This document shows, one piece after another, positions 38,799 through 46,758 of a stretch of 59,823 bases of DNA (positions are counted from its first letter, which is position 1; each line of letters begins with the position of its first letter). This DNA comes from Planctomycetota bacterium (GTDB lineage: Bacteria; Planctomycetota; PLA2; JAEUHO01). The translations under genes were made by a program, and so were the position numbers. A model generated the notes under the pieces. It was not told the origin of the DNA, did no database searches, and saw only the letters and a list, made by a program, of their open reading frames with translations. Location of the stretch: assembly GCA_965223505.1 (NCBI GenBank), contig CBDCWP010000017.1, positions 1 through 59,823 of the forward strand, written 5' to 3'.

Positions 38799-39310
38799 TC
38801 GCGCTGCGCATCATGACCGTCGACGACGCCGACGTGCTCGGCAGGTTGCACACCGCCTCCTGGCGTGCGGCGTATCGCGGCATCATGCCGGACGAGGTTC
38901 TCGAAGGGCTCGATGCGAACGCGAGCGCCAAGCGTTGGCGTACCAACATCGCGAAGCGACGGCCTGACATCCGCAACGTGGTGGCCGTCGACGAGCGGGG
39001 CGGCATTCGCGGCTTCTGCACGACGGGCGAGGTGCGTGACGACGATCTGAACGACACGGCGGTCGAGCTGTACGCGATCTACGTGTGGCCGGACGACACG
39101 CGCGGCGGCATCGGCCGGCTGATGATGGAGGACGCGCTCGACAACGCGCGCAGCAAGGGCTTTCGCGAGATGGTGTTGTGGGTGTTGACCGAGAACGGCC
39201 CGTCGCGCCGGTTTTACGAGGCGACGGGATTCGAGGTGGACGAGCGTGTGGGGCAGAAAGAGTTTCGGGACACGGGGGTGTACGAGACGAGGTATCGGCA
39301 GGTCTTGTAG
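38795..39310 (+). CDS. GNAT family N-acetyltransferase
   Basis: ELYAIYV.P...GGIGR.LM and LWVL.EN..SRRFYE..GF motifs; GTG start overlaps the anmK stop. Confidence 0.9.
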   Translation: MIALRIMTVDDADVLGRLHTASWRAAYRGIMPDEVLEGLDANASAKRWRTNIAKRRPDIRNVVAVDERGGIRGFCTTGEVRDDDLNDTAVELYAIYVWPDDTRGGIGRLMMEDALDNARSKGFREMVLWVLTENGPSRRFYEATGFEVDERVGQKEFRDTGVYETRYRQVL

Positions 39311-39418
39311 GGGCAGCCCTTGTGGCTGCCCAAGGAGGGCACGGTTGATTGGGCGACCACGAGGGTCGCCCCTACATGGGAATCCGCCGGATTGGGCGAC
39401 CGCGAGGGGCGCCCCTAC
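39307..39418. repeat. Cluster of three GTAG-family REP palindromes
   Basis: GTAGGGGCAGCCCTTGTGGCTGCCC (+, 39307-39331) and two inverted copies GGGCGACC.CGAGGG.CGCCCCTAC (39351-39375 and 39394-39418). Confidence 0.85.
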
Positions 39419-39834
39419 GTGCCCGTCACATGCACGACCAACGTCCGCTCGTGCGGTCGCACCCGATGCTCCGCCAGGAACAACCCTTGCCAGGTCCCCA
39501 TCGCCAGCTCGCCGTTCGTGACGGGAATCGTCTCCGACGTCTTCGTCACCGCCGCGCGCAGGTGCGACGGCATGTCGTCCGGGCCCTCCGCCGTGTGCGT
39601 GTAGTGCGGATCGCCGTCCGGCGCGATGCGCTCCAGCCACGCCTCCAAGTCCGCCCGCGCCGACGGATCGGCGTTCTCCTGGATGACCAGGCTGCAGGAC
39701 GTGTGCCGGCAGTACACGATGCAAAGCCCGGTGCGAATGCCCGACACCCCCACCACGCCGCGGATGCGCGCGGTCACGTCGTGCAGTCCGCGTCCCGGAA
39801 TCGAGAACCGCAGCGACTCCTGATGCTGTTTCAT
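39415..39834 (-). CDS. yjbQ: YjbQ / UPF0047 family protein (secondary thiamine-phosphate synthase)
   Basis: HTSCSLVIQENADP, HTAEGPDDMPSH and GTWQG.FL.EHR motifs. Confidence 0.92.
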   Translation of the reverse strand: MKQHQESLRFSIPGRGLHDVTARIRGVVGVSGIRTGLCIVYCRHTSCSLVIQENADPSARADLEAWLERIAPDGDPHYTHTAEGPDDMPSHLRAAVTKTSETIPVTNGELAMGTWQGLFLAEHRVRPHERTLVVHVTGT

Positions 39835-39898
39835 GCCCTTGTTCTTCCACCTTCGGCGCCGAATGGCAAGCCGCTGCGGCCTGCGGCAGAATGACGCG

Positions 39899-40537
39899 AT
39901 GCTGATCCAGGCTCTCCAGGAAGGCGACTACGTCTTCTACTTCAGCGTCGTCACGACCGTCGTCATCAGCATCGTGCTGCACGAGCTGGGCCACGGTGTC
40001 GCGGCGATGTGGCAAGGAGACGACACACCGCGCGCCACGGGGCACCTGACCCTCGATCCGATGGTGCACATGGGCGGCTTCTCGCTCGTCCTGCTGTTCG
40101 TCGTCGGCATCGCCTTCGGCCAGATGCCGGTCAACCCGTCGCGATTTCGCGGCCGCTTCGGGCGCGCGCTCGTGGCCGCCGCCGGCCCCGCCGTCAACGT
40201 CGTGCTGGCCCTGATCGGGCTCACCGCGCTCGGCATCTGGCTCGGCGCGACGGGCACGCCCCTGGCCCGCGACGCGATGAACAACGGCCAGTTCTTCCTC
40301 TTCATCTTCGGTCAGCTCAACATCGTGCTCTTCCTCTTCAACCTGCTGCCCATCCCGCCGCTGGACGGCTCCACGGTGCTGGCCGACATCAGCCCCGGGT
40401 ACGCGCGCTTCGCGCGCAACCCCGCGAACCAGGGCGTCTTCCTGGGCATCTTCCTCGGCGTCTTCGTGCTCGCCGGATTCCTCTTCGACGCGGCCCGTGC
40501 CATCACGGCGAACTACGTTGCGCTCTTCGGTGCCTGA
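39899..40537 (+). CDS. Site-2 protease (peptidase M50) family protein
   Basis: HELGH, AGPAVN and FNLLPIPPLDG motifs. Confidence 0.92.
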   Translation: MLIQALQEGDYVFYFSVVTTVVISIVLHELGHGVAAMWQGDDTPRATGHLTLDPMVHMGGFSLVLLFVVGIAFGQMPVNPSRFRGRFGRALVAAAGPAVNVVLALIGLTALGIWLGATGTPLARDAMNNGQFFLFIFGQLNIVLFLFNLLPIPPLDGSTVLADISPGYARFARNPANQGVFLGIFLGVFVLAGFLFDAARAITANYVALFGA

Positions 40538-41825
40538 CACCACCGTCCTCGAGTTCGCCCGGCGCCCCGTTCCCGGAAAGGTGAAGACGCGGCTCGCTCG
40601 AACCGAAGGCGAGCGCGAGGCGGCGCGGATCTACCGGCTTCTGGCAACCGACGTGCATGCGACGCTCATGCGCGCGCAGCGCCACGGCGCCTTCGACGTC
40701 GCGCTGTGCCTGCCGCCCGAGGACGTCGAAGAGCCGTGGCTCGAGGGCGCCGCGCGCGTCTTCAGCCAGGGCGAAGGCGACCTCGGTGACCGGCTGACCC
40801 GTTGCTTCACGCAGGCGTTCGACGGCGGCGCGCGACGCGCCTTCGCGGTCGGCACGGACGTCGTCGGCCTGGACGACGCGCGGCTGCGTGAAGCCGTTGC
40901 GTTGCTCGACGACGCCGACGTCGTCTTGGCGCCCACCCCCGACGGCGGCTACGGCCTGTTGGGCATCCGGCCCAACGGCGACGCGCGGTGGCAGGCGCTG
41001 TTCGAGGACGTGCCCTGGAGCACGCGCGACGTCGCCGAGCGCACGCGCGCCCTCGCCGCGAACGCAGGTCTGCGGGTTCGCGAGCTTCGGGGACTTCGCG
41101 ACGTGGACGTGGCCCACGACCTGCGCGGTGTCGTCCCGTTGATCTCGATTCTGATGCCCGTGCTCGACGACGCCGCGGCCCTGCGGGCGAACCTGCCGCG
41201 CATCGCCGCGCAGGCCGCGCGCGCGAAGGACGCGGAGCTCATCGTGTGCGACGGCGGGTCGAGTGACGACTCGGCCTCGATCGCGGAAGGGCTCGGCGCG
41301 CGCGTCGTGCGGGCGCCGCCGGGACGCGGCCGGCAGCTGCGCGCCGCGGCGGGCGCGTCCCGCGGGCGCTGGCTCTGGACGCTGCACGCGGACACCGCGC
41401 TCGCCGACGACGCGCTCGACCGGGCGCTTCGCTTCGCGACCCGACGCACCCACGACTGGGCGTTCTGCGAGCTGCGCGTCGATCATCCCGCGCCGTCGAT
41501 GCGCTTCCTGGAGTGCCTGATCCACGGGCGGTCGCGCATCTTCGGACTGCCCTACGGCGACCAGGGCATCCTCGTTCGTCGCCGCGCGTACCGGCGCGTC
41601 GCCGGCTACGACGACGTGCCGTTGATGGAGGACGTCCTGCTCGCGCGGCGGCTTTCGCGCACGTCCGGACCGGGCGTCGTCGGGACCCGGCTGGGCGTCG
41701 ATGCGCGCCGCTGGCGCCGGCACGGGGTCGGCGGGACGACGCTGCGCAACGCCGCGGCGCTGTTTCGGTTCTTCGTGCTCGGCACACCGCCCGAGGTTCT
41801 CGCGCGCAGCTATCGCCGCGGGTAG
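40530..41825 (+). CDS. Fused DUF2064/TIGR04282-type transferase + GT2/TIGR04283-type glycosyltransferase
   Basis: N-half PVPGKVKTRL, QGEGDLG, GTD, DGGY.LLG, VPWST, DVD; C-half DGGSSD, GRGRQL, LHADT, LPYGDQG, PLMEDV, RRW. GTG start at 40530. Confidence 0.85.
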   Translation: MPDTTVLEFARRPVPGKVKTRLARTEGEREAARIYRLLATDVHATLMRAQRHGAFDVALCLPPEDVEEPWLEGAARVFSQGEGDLGDRLTRCFTQAFDGGARRAFAVGTDVVGLDDARLREAVALLDDADVVLAPTPDGGYGLLGIRPNGDARWQALFEDVPWSTRDVAERTRALAANAGLRVRELRGLRDVDVAHDLRGVVPLISILMPVLDDAAALRANLPRIAAQAARAKDAELIVCDGGSSDDSASIAEGLGARVVRAPPGRGRQLRAAAGASRGRWLWTLHADTALADDALDRALRFATRRTHDWAFCELRVDHPAPSMRFLECLIHGRSRIFGLPYGDQGILVRRRAYRRVAGYDDVPLMEDVLLARRLSRTSGPGVVGTRLGVDARRWRRHGVGGTTLRNAAALFRFFVLGTPPEVLARSYRRG

Positions 41826-41834
41826 CTTGCGCGC

Positions 41835-43535
41835 ATGAAGGCGCACTGGATCGTGCTCATCATCGTGGCGCTCGGCGTGGCCGCGTTCTTCCTGGTGCAC
41901 GATCCGCGGCCCGAGAGCGAGGGGCTCGTCGTCCACGTCTACGCGAAGGACTCGAACGGCGTCCCGGTGACGCGCGCGCAAGTGCAGCGCCGGTTCGCGC
42001 CGGGCTGGATGCCGATGGGCGACGACGGCTATGTCCGGCTGACGCGCGTCGCCCTGCGGCTCGGCGAGACCCCGAGCAACGACGCCGTCGCCGCCGCCGT
42101 CGAGGTGAAGGCGCGCTTCCACGCCAATCGAAGCGCGACGCCGCCGGCGGTCCGGCAGCGCGAAGACGGCAGCTACGAAGCCGTCTTCACCATGCAGGCG
42201 CACGGACTCCTGCGACTGACGCTCGCGCCGACGCAGCTTCCCGGCGCTCGCGCCGCGCTGGAGCCGGATCCGGTGCTGCAGCGTTGGGAAGCCGTCGACG
42301 GCATGGCCGTCGCGCGCAGCGGCCAGCCCGTGCTGTACCGCATCTATCCCGAGCTCGACCGCTGCCGCGTGCACGTGATGGGCGACGAGGGCACCGCCTC
42401 CATTCGCGGCAGCTTCGAGTGCCCTTCGCCGGGGTTCATCATCGAGCGCACGGTCCATGCCCTGCCGTCGCGCCCGATCGTCGGGAAGGTGCTGCCGCCG
42501 AAGGGCGTCGCGCCGCCGACGTTGTCCGGGCGGGTCGAGGTGGAGCAGGTGAGCCCGGACGGGTCGCTGATTCCGATGGAGCCCGTCGTTCTCCATGCGA
42601 GCGGCAGCTTCGAGATTCCCTATGCGGGGCCCGGCGAGTACCGGTTGCGGGCGTTCCCGGGTTTCACCGGACCGACGGAGACGAAGACGGTGCGCGGCGG
42701 CACGGACTTCGACTTCGAGAACGCCGAGGCGCGGCCCTGGCTCGTGGTCGAGCACCCCGACTTCGACTCGACCACGCGGGAAGGGCGCTTCGTCGTGCTG
42801 CGGCACGTCGAAGGCGGCGTCGAGCGCGTCTCGATCCAGGACGGCGTCATCGCCGAGGCGACGCGCACGCTCATCGCGTTGAACGGTCCGGGGCAACACG
42901 ACGTGCACCTCACGCTGCCGGGCACGGACACGCTGACGCCGCTGAAGACGACGGTCGGCGTCATGGTGAACGCCGCCGGCCCGCACACGCTCACGATGAA
43001 GCTCGAGCAGGCGCCCGCCGGCCGCCTGCACGTCTCGGCCTCGGCCGACGTGGTCAACGCGATGCGCGGCGCGTCGGTGGTCTTGCCGGGCGGACGCACG
43101 TTGTCGTGGCTCAAGGGCGACACGCAAGGCGTCACGTTCGATCACGTGCCCGTGGGCGGCATCACGGTCACCGTCTTGTGGCAAGACGGGCGTCACGCCA
43201 TCGAGTTCCTGCGCGCGGACATCCTCGACGAAGCGGCGACGCGGGTCGAGGTGAAGCGGGTGATCGGCGGCACGCTGCAGGTCGTGCCCGGGAACGACAC
43301 GAGGCGTCCGGACGGCCCCCTGTTGGTGGCGTTCGAAGCGGAGCACAATCCGTACGGCACGACCGGCAACGTCATCTGCACGTGGGATCCCGGCACGGGA
43401 CGGTGGCGCGCCGACTGGCGCCTGCGGCCGGGGGCGTACCGTGCGACATTGCGGTCGCCGACGAGCGACGCGTCCTTCGGCGACGTGTCCTTCGAGATCC
43501 AGGCGAACGAAACCACGGACGTGACGCTCGAGTAG
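41835..43535 (+). CDS. Membrane-anchored beta-rich hypothetical protein (carboxypeptidase-regulatory-like repeats)
   Basis: N-terminal TM helix; D.NG.PV..AQV and repeated PG.Y-type motifs. Confidence 0.65.
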   Translation: MKAHWIVLIIVALGVAAFFLVHDPRPESEGLVVHVYAKDSNGVPVTRAQVQRRFAPGWMPMGDDGYVRLTRVALRLGETPSNDAVAAAVEVKARFHANRSATPPAVRQREDGSYEAVFTMQAHGLLRLTLAPTQLPGARAALEPDPVLQRWEAVDGMAVARSGQPVLYRIYPELDRCRVHVMGDEGTASIRGSFECPSPGFIIERTVHALPSRPIVGKVLPPKGVAPPTLSGRVEVEQVSPDGSLIPMEPVVLHASGSFEIPYAGPGEYRLRAFPGFTGPTETKTVRGGTDFDFENAEARPWLVVEHPDFDSTTREGRFVVLRHVEGGVERVSIQDGVIAEATRTLIALNGPGQHDVHLTLPGTDTLTPLKTTVGVMVNAAGPHTLTMKLEQAPAGRLHVSASADVVNAMRGASVVLPGGRTLSWLKGDTQGVTFDHVPVGGITVTVLWQDGRHAIEFLRADILDEAATRVEVKRVIGGTLQVVPGNDTRRPDGPLLVAFEAEHNPYGTTGNVICTWDPGTGRWRADWRLRPGAYRATLRSPTSDASFGDVSFEIQANETTDVTLE

Positions 43536-43558
43536 CAGCGCCGGGTATGGTTGCGCGC

Positions 43559-45925
43559 ATGAGCGGCAGGGCGCGCATTCTCCTCTTGTCCTTCGCGAGC
43601 GGTGCGTGCGTCATGGCGGCCGAGCTCGTCGGTCCGCGCCTCGTCGCGCCGCATCTCGGGACGAGCCTGCTGACGTGGACGAGTGTGATCGCGGTGTTCC
43701 TGGGCGGCATCGCCGTAGGCAACGCGCTGGGCGGACGCCTCGCCGATCGCGCGACACGCAAGACGCTGCCGATCCTGTTCGGCATCGCCGCCGCGGCAGT
43801 CGCGGCGTCGCTCGTTCTCGACGAATGGTGGCGCGACGGGCTCGCGACGATCCCCCACGCTGTGCGCACGCCGCTGTCGGTGACGCTTACGTTCTTGCCG
43901 GCTGCGCTCGCGTTGGGCGCCGCGTCCCCGATCCTGGGCAAGGCGGCGCTCGGCGCGAGCGACCTGCCGGGCCGCGCACTCGGCGAGGTCGCCGCGGCCG
44001 GCGCGCTGGGCAGCGTGTCCGGAACGTTCCTGACGGGGTTCTTGCTGCTTCCCGCGTTCGGCATTCGCGCGCTGCACGTGGGTGTTGCGGGTGTGCTCGT
44101 CGTGTGCGCGCTGCTGGCGTTTTCCGTCGCGCCGCGCGAGCGTGTCGTGTCGCAGGCGACGGCGACGAGCGCGAAGACACCGCGCGGGTTCGGCGCCCTC
44201 GCCGCGCTGGCCGGCGCCGCGCTGCTCGTGGTCGAGATCCTGGCCGGCCGACTCGCGGCGTTGCACCTGGGCTCGTCGCTCTACACGTGGACGTCCGTGA
44301 TCGGCGTGGTGTTGGTCGGGCTGGGCGTCGGCAACGTCGTCGGCGGGCGTCTCTCGGACCGTCGCGATCCGCGCGCGCTGCTCGCGCGGTCGTTCTTGTG
44401 GACGTCGGTCGCCGTCGCGTCGTGCCTGTGGACGCCGTCGCTGATGGCGGGCGCCGCGGACGGCGGCGGCCCCTGGGCGCTGCGGGTCCTGCTCGCGATC
44501 GCTGTCGGGTTCCTGTTGCCCTCGGTGGCGCTGGGCATGCTCTCTCCGGTCATCGTTCGAGGCGCGCTGGCGGCGCCGAACGCGGACGGTCGTATCGTCG
44601 GCCGGCTCTACGCCCTCGGAACGCTCGGCGCCGTCGTCGGCGCGCTGATCACGCCGTACGTGCTCATTCCGGTGCTGCAGACCCCGCTGCTCATCGTCGT
44701 CGTCGCGCTCGCGCTCGCCGTCACGGCCAACGTACTGGGCGGACGCAGGGAGATCCCGTGGGTCGCCACGCTGGTGGTGCTGGGACTGTTGGCGCGGCTC
44801 CCCGTCGACGCGGTGGCGACGCTCGGCAACAAGCTGATGCTGCGTGACGACGTCGAAGGGAGCTTCGTCACGGACAGCCCCTACTTCCACATCGCGGTCC
44901 ACCCGTTCACGTCGTTCTCGATCCAGCTGTCGCGCGATCCCGATATGCGCTTCGTGGAAGAGGACAGCCGTCTGCGCGAGGGCGTCGAGTACGACCCGCT
45001 CACGCGGCGTCTCACGATCACGGGCCGGTTGCTCGAGCCGGAGTTCGAAGCGTTGCGCCCGCGCATGCAGTCGGACGAGGACGAGGCGTTGCTCGAGGAG
45101 CTGCGCGAGCGCTCCAAGCACGACGTGCGGCTGATGAGCCTGGACCGGCTCGTACACGGCTTCGTCGATCTGCAGGATCCAATGTATCTGGAGTACGACT
45201 ACGAGCGGATCACGGCGGCCGTCGTGGACCGGCTCTGGCCGGAGCAGGGCGGCGCAAGGCGCGCCTACTTCATCGGGGGCGGCACGTACACGTTCCAGCG
45301 GCGGGTTCTCGCCCGCCGCGGTGCGGACGTCGCGCTCGTGTCGTCGGAGCTGGATCCCGCCGTGACGCGGGCGGCGCGCGAGCACCTGGGCCTGGGCGAG
45401 GACGATCGGCACACGATCGTCCACGGCGACGCGCGCACGTTCCTACGCAGGTACGACGGGGCGCCGTTCGACTTCGTCTTCGGCGACGCGTTCCACGACG
45501 TCGCGGTGCCGTGGCACCTGACGACGGTGGAGTGCGCCCGCTCGGTGAAGCGTGTCCTGGCGACGGACGGCGTCTACATCGCCAACGTCGTCGACGTCTT
45601 CGACGCGGGGCAGTTCCTCGGCGCCTTCCTCTGCACGCTCGAAGCGGTGTTCGACAACGTGACGCTGATCTCCAACGCGCCGCGCGTGGACGCCCGCCAG
45701 GAGACGTTCCTGTTCGTCGCGTCCGACGCCGTGCTCGACCTCGCGTCGCTGGTGGACGCCAAGGGCAGGGCGCTGCCCGTCACGCGCTACGAGGCGGCGG
45801 ACCTCGCGTGGCTGCGCGAGCGCGCGGCCGGACTCGTGCTGACCGACGACTACGCCCCGGTCGAGGACCTGCTGGCGCCGGTCGTGCGGATGCGGGGCAC
45901 GCGCGGTGAGCGGTTCGGGCGCTGA
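43559..45925 (+). CDS. Fused MFS-like membrane / spermidine-synthase-like methyltransferase protein with a duplicated membrane module
   Basis: Two E....R......G.S...WTSVI...L.G...GN..GGRL.D modules; IGGGTYT, ELDPAV, GDAR, DAF, PWHLTT.E and LTDDYAPVE motifs. Confidence 0.88.
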   Translation: MSGRARILLLSFASGACVMAAELVGPRLVAPHLGTSLLTWTSVIAVFLGGIAVGNALGGRLADRATRKTLPILFGIAAAAVAASLVLDEWWRDGLATIPHAVRTPLSVTLTFLPAALALGAASPILGKAALGASDLPGRALGEVAAAGALGSVSGTFLTGFLLLPAFGIRALHVGVAGVLVVCALLAFSVAPRERVVSQATATSAKTPRGFGALAALAGAALLVVEILAGRLAALHLGSSLYTWTSVIGVVLVGLGVGNVVGGRLSDRRDPRALLARSFLWTSVAVASCLWTPSLMAGAADGGGPWALRVLLAIAVGFLLPSVALGMLSPVIVRGALAAPNADGRIVGRLYALGTLGAVVGALITPYVLIPVLQTPLLIVVVALALAVTANVLGGRREIPWVATLVVLGLLARLPVDAVATLGNKLMLRDDVEGSFVTDSPYFHIAVHPFTSFSIQLSRDPDMRFVEEDSRLREGVEYDPLTRRLTITGRLLEPEFEALRPRMQSDEDEALLEELRERSKHDVRLMSLDRLVHGFVDLQDPMYLEYDYERITAAVVDRLWPEQGGARRAYFIGGGTYTFQRRVLARRGADVALVSSELDPAVTRAAREHLGLGEDDRHTIVHGDARTFLRRYDGAPFDFVFGDAFHDVAVPWHLTTVECARSVKRVLATDGVYIANVVDVFDAGQFLGAFLCTLEAVFDNVTLISNAPRVDARQETFLFVASDAVLDLASLVDAKGRALPVTRYEAADLAWLRERAAGLVLTDDYAPVEDLLAPVVRMRGTRGERFGR

Positions 45926-45944
45926 CGGCCGGGAACGCCGCGGG

Positions 45945-46439
45945 TCACTTGTCGTGGTCGTGCTCTTTGGGCTGCTTGCCGGTGTAGGCGATGTACAGGT
46001 CCAGGATCGACTTCTTGAGCGCGTCGGCGTGCTCGTCCTTCACGCTCTGCTTGCACTTCATGGCCGCAAGCAGGACGTTGTGCGCCGCCGTCAGCTGGCT
46101 CAGGTACTTCTTGCCCTCGGCGGACGTCAGGTCGTCGACCGGCTTGATGCGCTGGGTCATGAAGTACTGCGCAACGACGTGCTGGGTCTTTGTCGCGTGG
46201 TCCTCTTTCGTGTTGACCCAGCGCACGGACTGGTTGACGGCCTGCGCTGACTTGGGCGCGTCGAACTCGCGGATCTTCGCCATCGCCTTGGCGATCGTCG
46301 TGTGGTCTTCGAGCATCTGCTCGAAGCGCATCTGGTCGGCGTAGACCCCGCAAGGCACTTCGCAGTGCGCGCCGGCGTCGCGGCTGCCGCCGAGGCTGAC
46401 GGTGATGACGAGCAACGAGAGAAAGGCGAGGCGCTTCAT
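45945..46439 (-). CDS. sodN: Nickel superoxide dismutase precursor with a signal peptide
   Basis: HCEVPCGVY nickel hook directly after an A-G-A cleavage site; RWVNTKEDHA, QYFMTQRIK and AMKCKQ. Confidence 0.92.
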   Translation of the reverse strand: MKRLAFLSLLVITVSLGGSRDAGAHCEVPCGVYADQMRFEQMLEDHTTIAKAMAKIREFDAPKSAQAVNQSVRWVNTKEDHATKTQHVVAQYFMTQRIKPVDDLTSAEGKKYLSQLTAAHNVLLAAMKCKQSVKDEHADALKKSILDLYIAYTGKQPKEHDHDK

Positions 46440-46503
46440 GACGATCTCCGTTTCGGGACTGGGCGCCGCATAGTATTCGACAGCCGGGCAGGAGGGCACG
46501 TAG

Positions 46504-46755
46504 ATGGCGAGCTTCGAGGAACTTCCGACCCTGGAGCCCCACTTCGCGTTCCTGGCGGCGGGATTGTTGGTCGTGTTCTGGCTCTTCATGCGGGTGCGGA
46601 TCCTCCGGAGCCGGATCGCACTTCGGGAGGAAGGCGAGCCGCCGCCCGACGCGCCCGGCTGGATGCACTCGCTGGCGCGCTCCCCCCGCACCATGCCGCT
46701 GCTCGGCATAGCGGCGCTGCTGCTGGCCGGCGCGATCGCGTTCTTCGCGCTGTAG
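46504..46755 (+). CDS. Small two-TM membrane protein
   Basis: GGAGG RBS, two hydrophobic segments, fills the gap between sodN and the next gene. Confidence 0.6.
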   Translation: MASFEELPTLEPHFAFLAAGLLVVFWLFMRVRILRSRIALREEGEPPPDAPGWMHSLARSPRTMPLLGIAALLLAGAIAFFAL

Positions 46756-46758
46756 GCG

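Noticed and set aside
41513..43558. N-terminal extension of the 1470-aa ORF
   Set aside because: It is an Arg/Ala-rich alternate frame overlapping two better genes; the recognisable protein starts near 43559.
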